A stretch of DNA of 61,221 nt, counting the filler. It is 7 parts of 7 records of this genome, joined end to end, with 100 filler letters (N's around TTAATTAATTAA, not from the genome) between each part and the next. Parts side by side here need not be neighbours in the genome. Positions count along the whole stretch, not along the records: positions 28,338 to 42,178 come from DRR723986_19925; 6 more parts are not named here. One strand, 5' to 3'. The position numbers and the translations under genes are program-made. Numbering within the stretch: position 1 is the stretch's first letter; the number at the start of each line of letters is the position of its first letter. The notes under the pieces were generated by a model. It ran no database searches and was not told the DNA's origin. It saw only the letters and a program-made list of their open reading frames with translations. Below, piece after piece: positions 28,800 through 37,600 of this stretch.

Positions 28800-28827
28800 G
28801 CGAGTTCGAATCTCGTTTGCCCCGCCA
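28800..28827 (+). other. tRNA-like 3' end (T-arm, acceptor 3' strand, GCCA) without a recognisable 5' half
   Basis: GCGAG-TTCGAAT-CTCGT-TTGCCCC-GCCA. Confidence 0.65.
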
Positions 28828-28851
28828 CTTACACTTGCCGAAACAGATGAT

Positions 28852-28878
28852 GGGCCCTCGCGGGCCCCTTTTTCTTTT
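28852..28878 (+). terminator. Intrinsic terminator-like hairpin downstream of the tRNA-like end
   Basis: GGGCCC-tcgc-GGGCCC followed by CTTTTTCTTTT. Confidence 0.6.
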
Positions 28879-29101
28879 GGTTTCAAAGGGGTTTAGGTGC
28901 GGCGACCGCCCTTCGGAGACTGCCAAAACGGGCTAAATCAGTCTCCAATCGCCATTTGTCTCTAATCGACCGCCCTAGGCTCTCAGAAGGACGCTTTCAA
29001 AATAGTGTTTAGTTACAGATGCTTGGCGATTTTCGTCCAGCGCCCTTTTCGAAAGTGCAAATGGTCAGCAAATTTGGGTTCGAACAGAAGAGACGGTCAC
29101 A

Positions 29102-30016
29102 TTATTTGCTGGTGGCAACGATGCCCATGCCAATGGTGGCCAGGGTGGCTGCCAACAAAATTTTTGCGCCGGGTCGTTCCTCGCTGCCCAAAACGAAGGC
29201 GGCAAAGTAAATGCCCACGAATATTTCAAGCGAGCTGATGATGGCAACATGGGCCACCTTTGTGTGGGCCAGTGCAAAGACCAGCGAAATCTGCCCCATC
29301 GAGATCGAGACAGCCGTGGCCCATTGCCAGGGCCCCGAAGACTGCCAAAGGCTGCGTATGATTTGCCTGTAATGGCTGCTGAGGGTTGCTGCCAGGGCGT
29401 AAAACGCTACCCCACCAAGGGCGCCCACCAAGGTGCCAAAGGCGGCATCGGGCAAAAAGCCGATGCCAAATTTGCGCGCTACATAAGATCCCGCATAGAA
29501 AACCGCACAGAGCACGCCAAAAATCAGGCCCTGAGACAGCGCCTTGCCCGGGTTCGGCGCCTGCGATCGGGCGGGTGTTTTCAGGGTCAGCGCCACGCTG
29601 CACAAAACCAGTGCCATGCCGCCCAGTGCCATGGGGCTATACCGCTCGCCCAGCAGGAAAAAAGCCAAAAACGCAGAAAATACCGGGATCAGGCGGCGAA
29701 ACAGGCTGGCGCGAATGGCCCCCACAGCGGCGATTGCACGAAAATTGGCCAGCCGCCCCAGCACCGTTGCCAAAAGCCCGGCCACCACAAAGGCGGCGAT
29801 GGCCATGGCTATGGGCGCGCGCTGTGCGGGCCATGTTTCATGGGTGCCCAACACCGCCCATAAAACTGCAGAAAATACCGTCGTCACCAGCACCGACAGA
29901 AACACGCCATTATCCGTGCCCGCGGTGGCTGGCCGGGCTTTGGCGCCTTTTGCAATGGCTGCGCCAGAAAACCCGTAGCACACAGCCGACAGGGCGGCGA
30001 AGGCTTCCCCAATCAC
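29102..30016 (-). CDS. DMT/EamA family transporter
   Basis: About 10 hydrophobic segments in two repeats (LLGER / VLGSEER); 24 nt downstream of the ThDP gene. Confidence 0.85.
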   Translation of the reverse strand: MIGEAFAALSAVCYGFSGAAIAKGAKARPATAGTDNGVFLSVLVTTVFSAVLWAVLGTHETWPAQRAPIAMAIAAFVVAGLLATVLGRLANFRAIAAVGAIRASLFRRLIPVFSAFLAFFLLGERYSPMALGGMALVLCSVALTLKTPARSQAPNPGKALSQGLIFGVLCAVFYAGSYVARKFGIGFLPDAAFGTLVGALGGVAFYALAATLSSHYRQIIRSLWQSSGPWQWATAVSISMGQISLVFALAHTKVAHVAIISSLEIFVGIYFAAFVLGSEERPGAKILLAATLATIGMGIVATSK

Positions 30017-30040
30017 ATCACGCGTCCTTTTTAGGGCGGC

Positions 30041-31816
30041 TTAGCCACCGGTTTCTGTCATGCCTTTGGACATTGCTTCGCTATATTCTGGGGCCACGCG
30101 CGCATCGATAACTACGGCATGGCCCTGATCAAACAGCCTTTGGGCCTCGCGCAGGGCTTGGGCCAGGGCCTGGGGCGTGTGCACAGGGCCCAGCCCACGC
30201 AAGCCTTGCGCCTGTGCCAGCGCCGCAAAATCGATATCTGGGTCAGCGATGGCCTGGCCCACAGATTTATTTTCAACAGGCCGCTGGCGCATGCGCGCCA
30301 CTTTTTCCTGATGCACCTCGTCATTGAAATACGAGCGATTGTTACACACTACCAACACAAAAGGCACCTGGTAGCGCGCCCCGGTCCATAGCGCGGAAAT
30401 GCCCATCATTGTGTCGCCATCGCCCAGCACCGCCACGGGCATACGGTCGCTGTCCTGCAGCGCCAATGCCGCCCCCACCAGCATTCCTGGCCCCGAGCCG
30501 ATGCCTGCGCCGCCGTCATAGCCCAAGTAATCCAACGGGTGCGCAAAGTGGCGGCTGCCGCCATCCCACCCCAGTGGCAGGCGCACCAAACATGTGGGCC
30601 GCCCTGCCAGGCCCTCGGCCAGGGCTTGGGGCAGGGTTTGCATGCTCAGTGGCTGGTCGTTGGTCAGGTTTGGGGCGGGCAAGTTTTGGGCTGTGCTGGT
30701 GGTGGGCCCAGCGGGGTAGGCCAGCCCCATAGAGTGCGCCAGGGCCTGAATAACCGTGTCAGGCTGGGCCGCCACATGCAGATCTGCCGCGGGCTGCGCC
30801 ATATGATCAAGCGACCAACCATTGGCCAGCTGATGATCCATGCTGATATGTATCAGCGCCCCCGTGGCGCCTGCCTGTTCGATCGTGCCGGCGGTATCGA
30901 CCCAGTCAAATGCCAGCACCAAATCGGCCTTTGCCAGGTGTTTTGCCGGTGCATCTGCCAAAAAGAACGATGGCGGGCCGGAATGCGCAGGATGCACGGT
31001 GGGAAAGGTGGCGCCGGTTTTGATATCGGTGATCACCTTTGCGCCGCAGGCCTCGGCCAGCGCCACGCGCCATGCCCAATCTTGCGGGTCGCGGCTGACC
31101 CGGCCCATCAAAAACACCGGGGTTTTTGCCGCCTCCAGCATGGCCTTGATCTGGGCCACGGTTTCAGGCGCCACAGCGGGCGGCGCGGGCGGTGCGTATT
31201 TTGCCGGGTCGGGTAGGGCGATGCCCGCTGTGGCGGGCGCCTCTTGCACGCTGACATCAAAGCACACATAGGTTGGCCCATGGGGGGCTGTGCAGGCCAC
31301 GCTATGGGCGCGCATGATCGCGCTTAGCGAGGCGGGCAGGCTGGCCGGCTGGTCATCAAATTTCACATAAGGGCGCACCAATGCGCCCTGATCGCGCGAT
31401 GTGTGAATCCAATCGATCCAGGGGCGGCGCTTGTCGGCGGCGACCGGGCCAGTGGCACCAAAAATGACCATGGGCACGCGATCGCACCAGGCGTTATAAA
31501 TGGCCATGGCCGCGTGCATTAAGCCGACATTGGCATGTAAGACCACCGCCATGGGCCGGCCCGTCACTTTGGCCCAGCCATGGGCGATAGAGACGGCGTG
31601 TTCTTCGTGCAGGCAAAGCAGCATTTGCGGCTGACGATTGCCCAGATGATTGACCAAGCTGTCATGCAAGCCCCGGAAACTAGAGCCGGGGTTCAGGGCG
31701 ACATGGCGAAAGCCCAAGGCGCGGATGGCATCGGCGATCAGGTCACTGCCCCAGCGGGCGCTGTCGGTGTGGGGGTGGGGCACATCGATGTTCTGGCGTG
31801 GGTCTGTCATGGCCAT
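30041..31816 (-). CDS. Thiamine diphosphate-dependent enzyme (benzoylformate decarboxylase/acetolactate synthase superfamily)
   Basis: ALNPGSS, CLHEE (catalytic Glu), GDGD...CNN ThDP-binding motif. Confidence 0.88.
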   Translation of the reverse strand: MAMTDPRQNIDVPHPHTDSARWGSDLIADAIRALGFRHVALNPGSSFRGLHDSLVNHLGNRQPQMLLCLHEEHAVSIAHGWAKVTGRPMAVVLHANVGLMHAAMAIYNAWCDRVPMVIFGATGPVAADKRRPWIDWIHTSRDQGALVRPYVKFDDQPASLPASLSAIMRAHSVACTAPHGPTYVCFDVSVQEAPATAGIALPDPAKYAPPAPPAVAPETVAQIKAMLEAAKTPVFLMGRVSRDPQDWAWRVALAEACGAKVITDIKTGATFPTVHPAHSGPPSFFLADAPAKHLAKADLVLAFDWVDTAGTIEQAGATGALIHISMDHQLANGWSLDHMAQPAADLHVAAQPDTVIQALAHSMGLAYPAGPTTSTAQNLPAPNLTNDQPLSMQTLPQALAEGLAGRPTCLVRLPLGWDGGSRHFAHPLDYLGYDGGAGIGSGPGMLVGAALALQDSDRMPVAVLGDGDTMMGISALWTGARYQVPFVLVVCNNRSYFNDEVHQEKVARMRQRPVENKSVGQAIADPDIDFAALAQAQGLRGLGPVHTPQALAQALREAQRLFDQGHAVVIDARVAPEYSEAMSKGMTETGG

Positions 31817-31921
31817 TTCCTTATGTGGCGTGGCGATAGGGGCGCATACCGTTCAAGATTGTCGGGTGTGTTGAGGGGTGTTAAGCTGGCAAAACCCTTG
31901 CGCAAACGGGACAAGAGCAAG

Positions 31922-32464
31922 ATGAAACAAACCCAAAGCACGCCCGCCGCGACGGCAGTGGGCCAATCGGAATTTGCCCAAAACTACGCCAAAGAGCGCG
32001 TGGCCCATCTGACGCGCCTTTGTGCGCGCGGCTTTAACCGCTCGCTGACGCGGCGCCTGGCCGAACATGAGATTTCGTTTGGGCAATGGGTGTTCTTGCG
32101 CATCTTGTGGGGGGAAGAGGGGCTGACCCAGCGCGACCTGGCCGAGCGTGCCAACCTGACCGAACCCACCGTGCACACCGCCCTGGCGCGGATGCAGCAA
32201 CAAGGCCTGATCGAGCGCCGCACGCACGAGGGCAACCGCCGCAAGCAGCATGTCTATCTGACGGCGCATGGCAAAGGCCTGCGTGCCGTGCTCGAGCCTT
32301 TGGCGATCGAGGCCAATGACGTTGCTTTGCACGGGCTTGATGCGGCCCAACGCGAGGCTCTGCGCGCTGTTTTGATCCGTGTTTTGGGCAATCTCGAGGC
32401 CGATGAGGCCGCAGCGCTGGCGCGTGGCCAACGCGTGCCCCCCACCAGGGGTGGGCTGGCCTAA
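31922..32464 (+). CDS. MarR family transcriptional regulator; start re-assigned to ATG 31922
   Basis: ISFGQWVFLRILW..EGLTQRDLAERANLTEPTVHTALARM...GLIER...NRRKQHVYLT..G winged helix. Confidence 0.9.
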   Translation: MKQTQSTPAATAVGQSEFAQNYAKERVAHLTRLCARGFNRSLTRRLAEHEISFGQWVFLRILWGEEGLTQRDLAERANLTEPTVHTALARMQQQGLIERRTHEGNRRKQHVYLTAHGKGLRAVLEPLAIEANDVALHGLDAAQREALRAVLIRVLGNLEADEAAALARGQRVPPTRGGLA

Positions 32465-32486
32465 GGCCCGCCCAAGGGGGGCGCCC

Positions 32487-32951
32487 CTAGCCAAGGCTGG
32501 CCAGCCGTTGGCGCAGGCTGTCAAATGGCAAGATCTCGCGGATTGGCAGGCTGCTGTTTGCGGCCTCGGGGCTGACGCGCAGCCCCTCGCCATCCCAGGC
32601 CCACCAGTAAACGATGTTGCCGGCCTTGTCGCGGATGGGCAGGCGAAAGGTGGGAAAGGCCCGATCTGCTGCGGGCAGGCTGGCGTGGCCGATAAGCCGT
32701 ATGCCACCTGCCCCATCGGCCAGGGCGCGGCCCAGTTCCACCATGGCAACAAAGGAGGTGCTGCCCATTGCAACCGCAGATGCATCGGTTGCGCCATTGG
32801 GGGTAATGGCGCGCAATACATCGGGGTAAGGTGCGCGGATATGGGTGATTTGCACATGCCGCGTGCCCTGCGGTGTTTCAATTGCCAGCACATCGCCCGG
32901 CACTAGGCGGGCGGGCAGTGGCATAGCGGCGGGGGGTGTTTTGGTGTTCAT
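32487..32951 (-). CDS. Hypothetical protein co-transcribed with the phthalate genes
   Basis: 154-aa ORF starting 6 nt after the ophC stop; plausible globular sequence (PGDVLAIET..., FPTFRLPIRD, YWWAWDG). Confidence 0.7.
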   Translation of the reverse strand: MNTKTPPAAMPLPARLVPGDVLAIETPQGTRHVQITHIRAPYPDVLRAITPNGATDASAVAMGSTSFVAMVELGRALADGAGGIRLIGHASLPAADRAFPTFRLPIRDKAGNIVYWWAWDGEGLRVSPEAANSSLPIREILPFDSLRQRLASLG

Positions 32952-32957
32952 GGCAGT

Positions 32958-33947
32958 CTACAGCGAATACGCTTCATAGGTGGCGGGATGAAACAGCTCG
33001 TCTACCTGCAGTCGGCGCTTTGACAGGCCCTGACGGTGGTGCAGCTCTAGGAATGTGTCCAGCACATGTTCGTTTCCAGCCACCCCATATGTCCAGATAT
33101 CGGGGCCAATAAGCTGGCGTGCCGTTGTCAGCGTATCTTCGACGAAAGGCATGGTCACTTTCGTGGCCGAGGTATCGGCAAGCGCCTGCTGTGCCATGGT
33201 TTTGGCCGCAGAAAACGCCTTAAGCAGGGCGCCGGGCAGCCATGGGTGCGCATCCGCCAAGCTTTGGCGCAGGCCCAAAACATGCATGATCGGGAAAATA
33301 CGGGTGCGCGCATAATGCTGCGAGGCCGCGGTGATGCCATCGGCAAAAAGGCGGCCCACATTGGGGTGGCCTTCGTCAAAACAGTTTAATGCGCGCGGCC
33401 CGATAAACCCGTCGATATCGCCATCGCGCAGCATTTGATCCAGCGTTGCCCCCTCTGGCGCAGGGGTGATGCGCACATCATCGGGCGTTTGGACGGCAAT
33501 TTTTTCCGGGCGGCCGGGGCTGTGCATGCCGCCGCGCACCCAGTCGATGTCGCTGGGCTTGACGCCATAATCTTCTAATATGCCGCGTGCCCAAACATTG
33601 GCCGTCAGCTGCCATTCGGCAATGCCAATACGGCGCCCTTTCAGATCTGCAGGCTGTGCGATGCCGCGATCGGTGCGGATATAGATCGAAGAATGGCGAA
33701 ATGCGCGCGACAAAAACACCGGGATCGCGACATAGGGCGCATCGCCCTGCGCGCGCTTGACGCAATACGAGGAAAACGACAGCTCTGACACGTCAAAAGC
33801 TTGGTGGCGGAAGGCGCGGAAAAACATTTCCTCGGGCGACAAAAGCTGCGTGATCGGCGTGACACCATCAATTTGCACCCGCCCGTCATGGATGGGGCGT
33901 GTGCGGTCGTAATCGCCCATGGCGATAGACAGGGTAAGATTGGCCAA
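32958..33947 (-). CDS. ophC: 4,5-dihydroxyphthalate decarboxylase (OphC/Pht5-like)
   Basis: LSIAMGDYDRTR...DGRVQIDGV...PEEMFFRAFR...FDVSELSFSSY, PVFLSRAFRH, IFPIMH. Confidence 0.88.
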   Translation of the reverse strand: MANLTLSIAMGDYDRTRPIHDGRVQIDGVTPITQLLSPEEMFFRAFRHQAFDVSELSFSSYCVKRAQGDAPYVAIPVFLSRAFRHSSIYIRTDRGIAQPADLKGRRIGIAEWQLTANVWARGILEDYGVKPSDIDWVRGGMHSPGRPEKIAVQTPDDVRITPAPEGATLDQMLRDGDIDGFIGPRALNCFDEGHPNVGRLFADGITAASQHYARTRIFPIMHVLGLRQSLADAHPWLPGALLKAFSAAKTMAQQALADTSATKVTMPFVEDTLTTARQLIGPDIWTYGVAGNEHVLDTFLELHHRQGLSKRRLQVDELFHPATYEAYSL

Positions 33948-33971
33948 GATAGTCTCCCTTGCGTGTTTCTT

Positions 33972-35132
33972 TTAGGGCAGCTCCACAAAGCCGCCCGTTT
34001 GCGCCGATTTCAAAATGGCATGGCATAGTTTCAGGCTGTCAGCCCCCCATTGCCCCGCCTGCAAAGGGGCTTGGCCTTGGCGCACCGCGGCGTAAAGCGC
34101 GCGCAGCACCGGGCTGCGTGGGGTAGGATCTGGGGGGGTGGGCTGAAAGCTGCGCTGGGTGTCGCCCCAAATCTCAATGCCCTCGGGGGTAAGGCGCAGA
34201 TCAGCGCGATCGCAGCTGATGATGACAGGGCCAAAATGTTCGGCACAGGGGGCAGGCGCCGCGGCCTCGACCGCGCCATAGGTGCGCGCCCCTTTCAGCG
34301 CGGCCTCCTCGGACGGGCTGGCAACCGCGGCCAGTGCCTGCCGGGCCTTGCCATAGGCTTGGGGGTCTTTGGGGTGGCCCAATTCACCCACCCAGCCTTG
34401 GGCGGCATCGCTGTCGTAATGGGCATAGCCGGAATAGGTGAGGCTGGCAAAGCCGCCCCCGGCAAAGCTGATCAGGCAGGAATAGGCCCCTTCGGTCGGG
34501 CGGGTGCGATCCCATGCGCCCGTCATGGCGGCAACCCGCAAGGCGGGCTGGCCCATTAAGGCACGCACCACATCAATTTGGTGAATGGCTTGGCTGAAAA
34601 TCACGCCGCCGCCTTGGTTGGTGTCCAGCTCTTCGGGGCGGCGGGGGCGATACAGAAAATCGGTGTAATTGGTGGCATGGATCATACGCACCTGGCCAAA
34701 TTGCCCGCTGTCCAAAAGGCGTCGGGCTGCCTCGACCGGTTGATCGAAACTATGGCTTGGGCCGGTGATCAGGTGAACGCCGGCCTGATTGGCCGCGTGC
34801 ACGATGGCATCGGCATCTGCCTGGCTGATGGCCAAAGGTTTGTCGACAAGTATGTGCTTGCCCGCTGCGGCTGCCGCTTCGGCATGGGCGCGGTGCATTT
34901 GGTGTGGCGTGGCGATATACACGGCCTCGACCTGCGGATCGGCGCACATTTGCGCCACATCGCTATAGGCCGTGCCGCCAAATTCCACGCAGAATGCATC
35001 ACGGCTGGCTTGGCGGGGTGCGGCACAGGCCACCAAACGCACATGCGGGTCGTGGCGCAGGCTGGGCAGCGTCAGCATAAAGCCGCGCCCCAGCCCCGCC
35101 ACACCAAGACCTATGGGATCACAGATCGACAA
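33972..35132 (-). CDS. ophB: Phthalate cis-dihydrodiol dehydrogenase (OphB/Pht4-like, Gfo/Idh/MocA family); probable TTG start at 35132
   Basis: GVAGLGR, YIATPHQ, HSFD, NYTDFLYRPRRPEEL, GGGVIFSQAIHQIDVVR; AGGAG RBS lies within the end of the reductase gene. Confidence 0.85.
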   Translation of the reverse strand: MSICDPIGLGVAGLGRGFMLTLPSLRHDPHVRLVACAAPRQASRDAFCVEFGGTAYSDVAQMCADPQVEAVYIATPHQMHRAHAEAAAAAGKHILVDKPLAISQADADAIVHAANQAGVHLITGPSHSFDQPVEAARRLLDSGQFGQVRMIHATNYTDFLYRPRRPEELDTNQGGGVIFSQAIHQIDVVRALMGQPALRVAAMTGAWDRTRPTEGAYSCLISFAGGGFASLTYSGYAHYDSDAAQGWVGELGHPKDPQAYGKARQALAAVASPSEEAALKGARTYGAVEAAAPAPCAEHFGPVIISCDRADLRLTPEGIEIWGDTQRSFQPTPPDPTPRSPVLRALYAAVRQGQAPLQAGQWGADSLKLCHAILKSAQTGGFVELP

Positions 35133-36063
35133 CCAGATCTCCTGATTTTGCCCGTGACACACAGATCATGATGTAGTCTGATTTTTCCTCGTCCATCAGC
35201 ACCAGATCGCGGTGATCGGCCTCGCCCGAAACAAGGCGGCATTTGCAGGTGCCGCAGGTGCCGCTTTCGCAAGAGCTGACGGTTTTCTCGCCCGCGTCGC
35301 GCAGCGCCTCTAGAATGGTGCGGTCGGCTGGCACCAATATTTCGCGCCCGCTGCTGGCCAGTTTTACGCTAAAGGCTGTGTCATCGGCGCGCACGGCCTC
35401 GACGCCTGCGAAATCTTCGAAATGCACACGCCCCTCGGCCCAATGGCCAGACAGGGCCTTGATTTCCTCCATCAAGGGCGCCGGGCCACAGCAATAGACA
35501 TGTTCGGTGCTGGGGGTTTCGAAATGGTCCCAAAAATCGTAGAAATTATCGATATCGCCCTGATCATGGTGCACCGTGGCGCCGGGAATGGCGGCAACCT
35601 CGTCTAGATAGGCGGTTTCTTCCGGGCTGCGGGTGCAATAGATCAGCTTGAACGGCGTGCCCTGCGCTGCCAGCGCCCGCGCCATCGACAAAATCGGCGT
35701 AATACCGATACCGCCGGCAATCAGCAGATATTTCGACGCGGCCACCAGCGAAAAATCGTTTTCGGGCGGGTCTACCACCAGCTGGGTGCCAGGCTGCGCC
35801 TGTGTGTGCATGGCTTCAGAGCCACCGCGCGACTGCGCCTCGCGTTTCACGGCAATCACATAGGTATCTGGCGCTGTGCCATCATTGACCAGCGAATAGC
35901 GCCGCATCGCGCCGCCCGGTGTTTCGATGGTGATATGGGCGCCGGGGGCAAAGCCGGGCAGCGGGCCGCCTTCGGGGCGGGCCAGTGTAAATTCAGCAAT
36001 ATCGCGCGCCAGCTGGCGCCGCCCCGTAACCTGAAGCGCCATTTTCCCTGTTGAACCATCCAT
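35119..36063 (-). CDS. ophA1: Phthalate dioxygenase reductase (PDR/VanB family, FMN + [2Fe-2S])
   Basis: RRYSL, SRGGS, AGGIGITP, YCCGP, SSCESGTCGTC...ICVSRA. Confidence 0.88.
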   Translation of the reverse strand: MDGSTGKMALQVTGRRQLARDIAEFTLARPEGGPLPGFAPGAHITIETPGGAMRRYSLVNDGTAPDTYVIAVKREAQSRGGSEAMHTQAQPGTQLVVDPPENDFSLVAASKYLLIAGGIGITPILSMARALAAQGTPFKLIYCTRSPEETAYLDEVAAIPGATVHHDQGDIDNFYDFWDHFETPSTEHVYCCGPAPLMEEIKALSGHWAEGRVHFEDFAGVEAVRADDTAFSVKLASSGREILVPADRTILEALRDAGEKTVSSCESGTCGTCKCRLVSGEADHRDLVLMDEEKSDYIMICVSRAKSGDLVVDL

Positions 36064-36102
36064 CGCGCTGCCCCTTTGTTGAATACTCTTGCGGTTTGTT
36101 AT

Positions 36103-36114
36103 TTAGATATCTAA
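36103..36114. promoter_or_regulatory. Palindromic operator TTAGATATCTAA in the divergent ophA1/ophA2 promoter
   Basis: Perfect 12-bp palindrome; lies just downstream of a minus-strand TTGACT -35-like hexamer (36121-36126). Confidence 0.7.
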
Positions 36115-36175
36115 GCTAATAGTCAATACATGTGCATAGAATGCATGTTCTAAGCCCAAAAGAGAGGAGCCGGCC

Positions 36176-37459
36176 GTGTTATCTGTGGAAGAAAACGATC
36201 TTCTGACCAAAATCGATAATGACGCCCCCATGGCGCTGCTGATGCGTCAGCACTGGACGCCTGTGTGCCTTGTCGAAGAAGTGGCCGAACCTGACGGCAA
36301 GCCGCTGCGTGTCGAGGCGATTGGCCGTAAATACGTGTGTTTCCGCGATACCGAAGGCCGGCTGGGCCTGCTGGACGAGCTGTGCCCGCACCGCAAGGCA
36401 TCGCTTGTGTATGGGCGCAACGAGGAATGCGGGCTGCGTTGCCTGTATCATGGCTGGAAGTTCGATGTAGATGGCAATTGCGTGGCCATGTCGTCAGAGC
36501 CCGAAGAATCGCCGCTGCATGGCAAGGTTAAACACCGTTCGTATCCCACGCGCGAATGGGGTGGGTTTGTGTGGGCATGGCTGGATACCCAGCGCGAGGC
36601 GCCAGACTTTCAGGCCCCCGCCTTTGCCCCAACCGAAGACACCGATGTGGCGATTTTGAAAATTCGCATTCCGGCCAATTGGGCGCAAATCACCGAAGGG
36701 CAGATTGATTCGGCGCATTCGTCGTCGCTGCATTCCTCAGACATGAAACCTGCCCGCGTCAAAGGCGCTGCCGCCGATGACAAGGCGTGGTATCGCCCCT
36801 CGACCGATAAGTCGCCGCGCATGCAAACCCAAACCACGCCTTATGGGTTTCATTACGCTGCGATCCGTAAGCCGATAAAGAACGCAGCCACCCATAACTA
36901 TTTGCGCATCACGGAATATATCGCGCCTTTCACATCGCTGATCCCGCCGAACAATAATTATAATGTGGCCACGGTGATTGTGCCTATCAGCGATGAGGAA
37001 TCGTATTTCCACTTCATCGCATGGGGTGGGCAGGCGTGCCCCTCGACCACCGAGTGGCGCAAGTTTGCACATACGCAGCCCGGTATTGACCTAGATGATA
37101 AATGGCGCTCGCTGCGGACCTTGGACAATGATTTCTTGCAAGATCGGCAGATGATGAAGCTGGGCAATTTTACCGGCGTTTTGGGCATTCCAAACCAAGA
37201 TTTGGTGATGTGGGTGTCTATGGGTGCGCGGGTTGATCGCTCGTCCGATCTGCTGGGCGCATCAGATTTGGCGATCGTCGAATTCCGCCGCCTGATGAGC
37301 GATGCCGCCCGCCGCGTGGCCGAAGGGGGCGCCGCCATTGGCACCGAAGAGCCGCGCGTGACCCATGCCACCATTTCATCGAAAGAGGGGGTTTTCCCCA
37401 AAGACGTCGATTGGCGCAGCTTGGGCCAAGAACAGGCACAGGTTTCGGCCGCCGAATAG
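36176..37459 (+). CDS. ophA2: Phthalate 4,5-dioxygenase oxygenase subunit (Rieske, OphA2/Pht3-like)
   Basis: Rieske CPHR...CLYHGW; EGQIDSAHSSSLH mononuclear Fe site; RPSTDKSPRMQ, LIPPNN, NFTG...NQD, LGASDLAIVEFRR. Confidence 0.88.
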   Translation: MLSVEENDLLTKIDNDAPMALLMRQHWTPVCLVEEVAEPDGKPLRVEAIGRKYVCFRDTEGRLGLLDELCPHRKASLVYGRNEECGLRCLYHGWKFDVDGNCVAMSSEPEESPLHGKVKHRSYPTREWGGFVWAWLDTQREAPDFQAPAFAPTEDTDVAILKIRIPANWAQITEGQIDSAHSSSLHSSDMKPARVKGAAADDKAWYRPSTDKSPRMQTQTTPYGFHYAAIRKPIKNAATHNYLRITEYIAPFTSLIPPNNNYNVATVIVPISDEESYFHFIAWGGQACPSTTEWRKFAHTQPGIDLDDKWRSLRTLDNDFLQDRQMMKLGNFTGVLGIPNQDLVMWVSMGARVDRSSDLLGASDLAIVEFRRLMSDAARRVAEGGAAIGTEEPRVTHATISSKEGVFPKDVDWRSLGQEQAQVSAAE

Positions 37460-37528
37460 GCCGAAACCCATCCGCCCGCGCAAAGAGGCTTGACAGATTG
37501 TCGCGGGCGGCTAACTCATGATAAAAAG

Positions 37529-37541
37529 ATAGATATCTAAG
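37529..37541. promoter_or_regulatory. Second copy of the operator (ATAGATATCTAAG) upstream of the ALDH-TAXI operon
   Basis: Shares TAGATATCTAAG with 36104-36115; TTGACA at 37490-37495 upstream. Confidence 0.7.
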
Positions 37542-37600
37542 TTATCTCTGGCTTTACGGAACTGGGCGCCAAAACTGGGGCCGCACCAAAGGGGGGAGAC

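Noticed and set aside
28571-28827. tmRNA or complete tRNA using GGGGCAC at 28571 as the 5' acceptor strand
   Set aside because: No G3-U70 alanine identity, G rather than A discriminator, no tag ORF seen, and the G-run pairs better locally (GGGGG-CAC-CCCCC).
28588-29277. Short ORFs in the island junction (28588-28926, 28647-28886, 28657-28896 and others)
   Set aside because: No recognisable motifs; they overlap repeats and tRNA-like structure.
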